Source: a virus
Lineage: Duplodnaviria > Caudoviricetes
Direction: 5' to 3' (one strand)
IMG/VR virus record: IMGVR_UViG_3300048598_000076
Span: 1-33,699 of that record
DNA: 33,699 nt
Shown: piece by piece, positions 31,530 through 33,699 of the stretch
Position numbering within the stretch: the stretch's first letter is position 1
Layout: the number at the start of each line of letters is the position of its first letter
Position numbers and translations under genes: made by a program
The notes under the pieces: generated by a model
The model's database searches: none
What the model was told of the DNA's origin: nothing
Seen by the model: only the letters and a program-made list of their open reading frames with translations

Positions 31530-33163
31530 AGCGATGCAAACCCGAAGCCGCACGGCGCGGCAGTAGTCATGTCAAGGCCGGTTGCCATGATAGACGCGAC
31601 AATGCCGTCGATGCGCTCGCGGGATTTTTTCTTACTCGGTTTGATGTTCTCCGCTGCGTCGGTTTCTTTCGCGACATGGCCGACCATCCAACGAAGGATT
31701 GGGTTTCCATAGTGGCAAAACTCCCTGCGCAGTATTTGCTTTTCAAATTCCTTGCTCGCCGGGCTCATCGTCTGAAAGCCTTGTCGGAAACTAGTCACGG
31801 CGATTCCGGCTCCTTGAAGCCGTGTCGCCATTGCGGTTGCGTTCCAAGGGTCGAACGCAAGCCCTGTGATTGGCGTCTGCTCGTTCATTGCGATAATGTC
31901 GCGCAGAATGAAGTCGTAGTCCACCACATTGCCGGGCGTTGTGCGCAAGAATCCCTGCCTCACCCATACGTCGTAAGGTACACGATCGCGCTTTACACGC
32001 TCCTTCATTGCTTCATCTGGAACCCAAAAAGTAGGAAGCAATATTGCCGGCGCGCCGTCGACGCGGATTCGGCGAACAAAGGCGGCAAGGTCAATGCTTG
32101 TTGAAAGGTCAAGGCCAGCAACGCAGCTCATTCCCGACACATCCGGCACCTCTTCTTTTCCTGCGCACGCATCCCATGCGCCTAGGTCAAGCCATCGCTC
32201 ATCAGCCTGTACCCATATATTTAGCTGCTTAGTGAGGAATGTATTTAGCTTTCCTGGCGTGGCTTTTGCGAGATCGCTTTGCTTGCGCATGTAGTCCTCG
32301 CTTTTAGCCTCACCGAGAAGTGGATTTGCTTTGTGCCACGTCGCTGGATCATGCGGGTCATCACCATCATCTGCCGAAAATATGATTCCAAAAACGCTAT
32401 CAGCTTGTATTCGCTTTTCGAGAACAGAGCACACTAGCGTGCGCCGCTCCATGCATATTCCCGTGTGATTGCTTCCTGCGGTCGTGATAGCAAACCCAAG
32501 CGGCTGCACTCGCGCGCCCATGCCATCTTCGATTACGTCGAGCAAGTCGCGATTCGTCCAGGCGTGCAGTTCGTCATAGAGCGCGGTCGATGGGTTTAGG
32601 CCGTCGAGCGTTTCAGAATCAGACCCTAGCGGCTTCCATGTAGAGTCTCGATCATCCCAGCGAATTTCTTTTACGCGCAAGGCAAGCCGCTTTGATAGCG
32701 CAGAGCTTCGCTTAATCATCGCGCGACCATCCTTCCATCCGATCTTGGCCTGATCCTCCTTGGTTGCAACGCTGTAAACCTCGGCTCCGCGCTCCTCTAG
32801 TAGACCAAGAATGCCTACACCAGCCGACAGTGTAGTTTTTCCGTTCTTACGGGGAACCTCGACGTAAGCAAAATCAAAGCGACGCTTTCCGCCTCGCTCG
32901 ACCTTCCATCCGTAGATGCTGCCGATGATAAACTCTTGCGATGGGTGAAGCTTGAACGGCCTGCCAGCAAACTGCCCCTTGTAGTGCCGGAGCTTCGGAA
33001 AAATGCTGATAGCCTGGTCTGCCGCCTTCGGGTCGAAGTAGAACTTGCCTGCCTGCAGATCATCCATGTGCCGCTGACAGGCAAGGCGCTCCCATTTACA
33101 ACCGACGCGAACGCCAGATAAAACGCTCTGGGCGTAGGCGGTGACTGGATCGATGTGCCTCAT
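31526..33163 (-). CDS. terL: terminase large subunit
   Basis: Walker A VPRKNGKT, Walker B LYDELH, motif III ITTAG, nuclease GLDLS and RIDGIVA. Confidence 0.97.
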   Translation of the reverse strand: MRHIDPVTAYAQSVLSGVRVGCKWERLACQRHMDDLQAGKFYFDPKAADQAISIFPKLRHYKGQFAGRPFKLHPSQEFIIGSIYGWKVERGGKRRFDFAYVEVPRKNGKTTLSAGVGILGLLEERGAEVYSVATKEDQAKIGWKDGRAMIKRSSALSKRLALRVKEIRWDDRDSTWKPLGSDSETLDGLNPSTALYDELHAWTNRDLLDVIEDGMGARVQPLGFAITTAGSNHTGICMERRTLVCSVLEKRIQADSVFGIIFSADDGDDPHDPATWHKANPLLGEAKSEDYMRKQSDLAKATPGKLNTFLTKQLNIWVQADERWLDLGAWDACAGKEEVPDVSGMSCVAGLDLSTSIDLAAFVRRIRVDGAPAILLPTFWVPDEAMKERVKRDRVPYDVWVRQGFLRTTPGNVVDYDFILRDIIAMNEQTPITGLAFDPWNATAMATRLQGAGIAVTSFRQGFQTMSPASKEFEKQILRREFCHYGNPILRWMVGHVAKETDAAENIKPSKKKSRERIDGIVASIMATGLDMTTAAPCGFGFASL

Positions 33164-33558
33164 TTAATAAAGCCCGAGAACTCATCCGCCTCAGCAGCCT
33201 GCGACTTTGGCACCCTGGCGCGGTCGACGGGCGAGAACCCAAGCTTGGCGGCAGCGGTGAACATCTCGCGCTTGCGAATACCGATTGCCTTGAGCAGCGG
33301 ATTTACGACCGGACCTTGCGGCCCGTTAATAGTTTCCTTGCCGCGCAAGTCCTGCTCCATGCGCGATACGTCCGCCCATGCCTGCGCGTAGGTCGCTAGG
33401 ATCGCCATGTCTGCGTGAGTCATTGAGCTGCCCAGGAGCTTTGCCGCGCGTGTGTATTCGGCGCGGCCTGCATCATCGAGCCATGCAGGAGGCCGAGGCG
33501 TGCCGGCGCGAAATGAGACTGCGCCTGTATGTTTTGGAGCTGGTCCGCGTGTTCCCAT
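33160..33558 (-). CDS. terS: terminase small subunit (P27 family)
   Basis: MG.RGP.P...PP.WL......EY...D...L..Y........VNP.........LGFSP..R.R; ATGA overlap with terL. Confidence 0.93.
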   Translation of the reverse strand: MGTRGPAPKHTGAVSFRAGTPRPPAWLDDAGRAEYTRAAKLLGSSMTHADMAILATYAQAWADVSRMEQDLRGKETINGPQGPVVNPLLKAIGIRKREMFTAAAKLGFSPVDRARVPKSQAAEADEFSGFIK

Positions 33559-33599
33559 GTTTTTTCTTGGTTGAATTGTAAAAGTTTTACATTTGCGCG

Positions 33600-33699
33600 C
33601 ATGGGCTATCCGAAAAACCCCGCGCGTTTTTTTGGAAGGGAAGCTGTCGGTGTGGTGCTAGATCTGTAGACTTTTTGGGGGGCCGCGGGCCGGGGGGGT
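33600..33699. other. probable cos / genome-end region
   Basis: Non-coding with GC-rich G/C runs, upstream of terS; the opposite window end lies in the 3' end of the HNH gene, matching the usual HNH-cos-terS order. Confidence 0.5.

Overview
This window is an almost complete ~33.7 kb HK97-like long-tailed dsDNA phage genome, with every credible gene on the minus strand. Read from 33699 downward, it encodes a probable cos-end region, terS, terL, a small HTH gene, portal, prohead protease, major capsid, a decoration protein and the head-tail adaptor. Next come an inserted block of fibre-like and membrane genes, head closure, tail terminator, two tandem tail-tube paralogues, frameshifted tail chaperones, a gp10-like gene, tape measure and tail tip. 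The early region has two ribbon-helix-helix genes, a structured intergenic RNA region, a RecE-like recombination module, an array of small genes sharing a stop/junction motif, two methyltransferases (the C5 enzyme split over two overlapping frames), a replication initiator with an internal origin-like repeat set, and a packaging-type HNH gene cut by the window edge. I could not recognise an integrase, CI-type repressor, endolysin, tRNA, CRISPR or reverse transcriptase. The strongest leads are: (1) a cassette-like array where eight consecutive ORFs stop in TRAAC, most within YCAAYNNY-TRA-ACGA; (2) an HTH protein that copies the TerL C-terminal tail and sits beside four TGTCCG repeats upstream of portal; (3) a candidate endolysin-free lysis/envelope module with an S26 peptidase and a lipoprotein-coiled-coil-3TM protein. 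All product calls come from motif recognition and gene order, not database searches.
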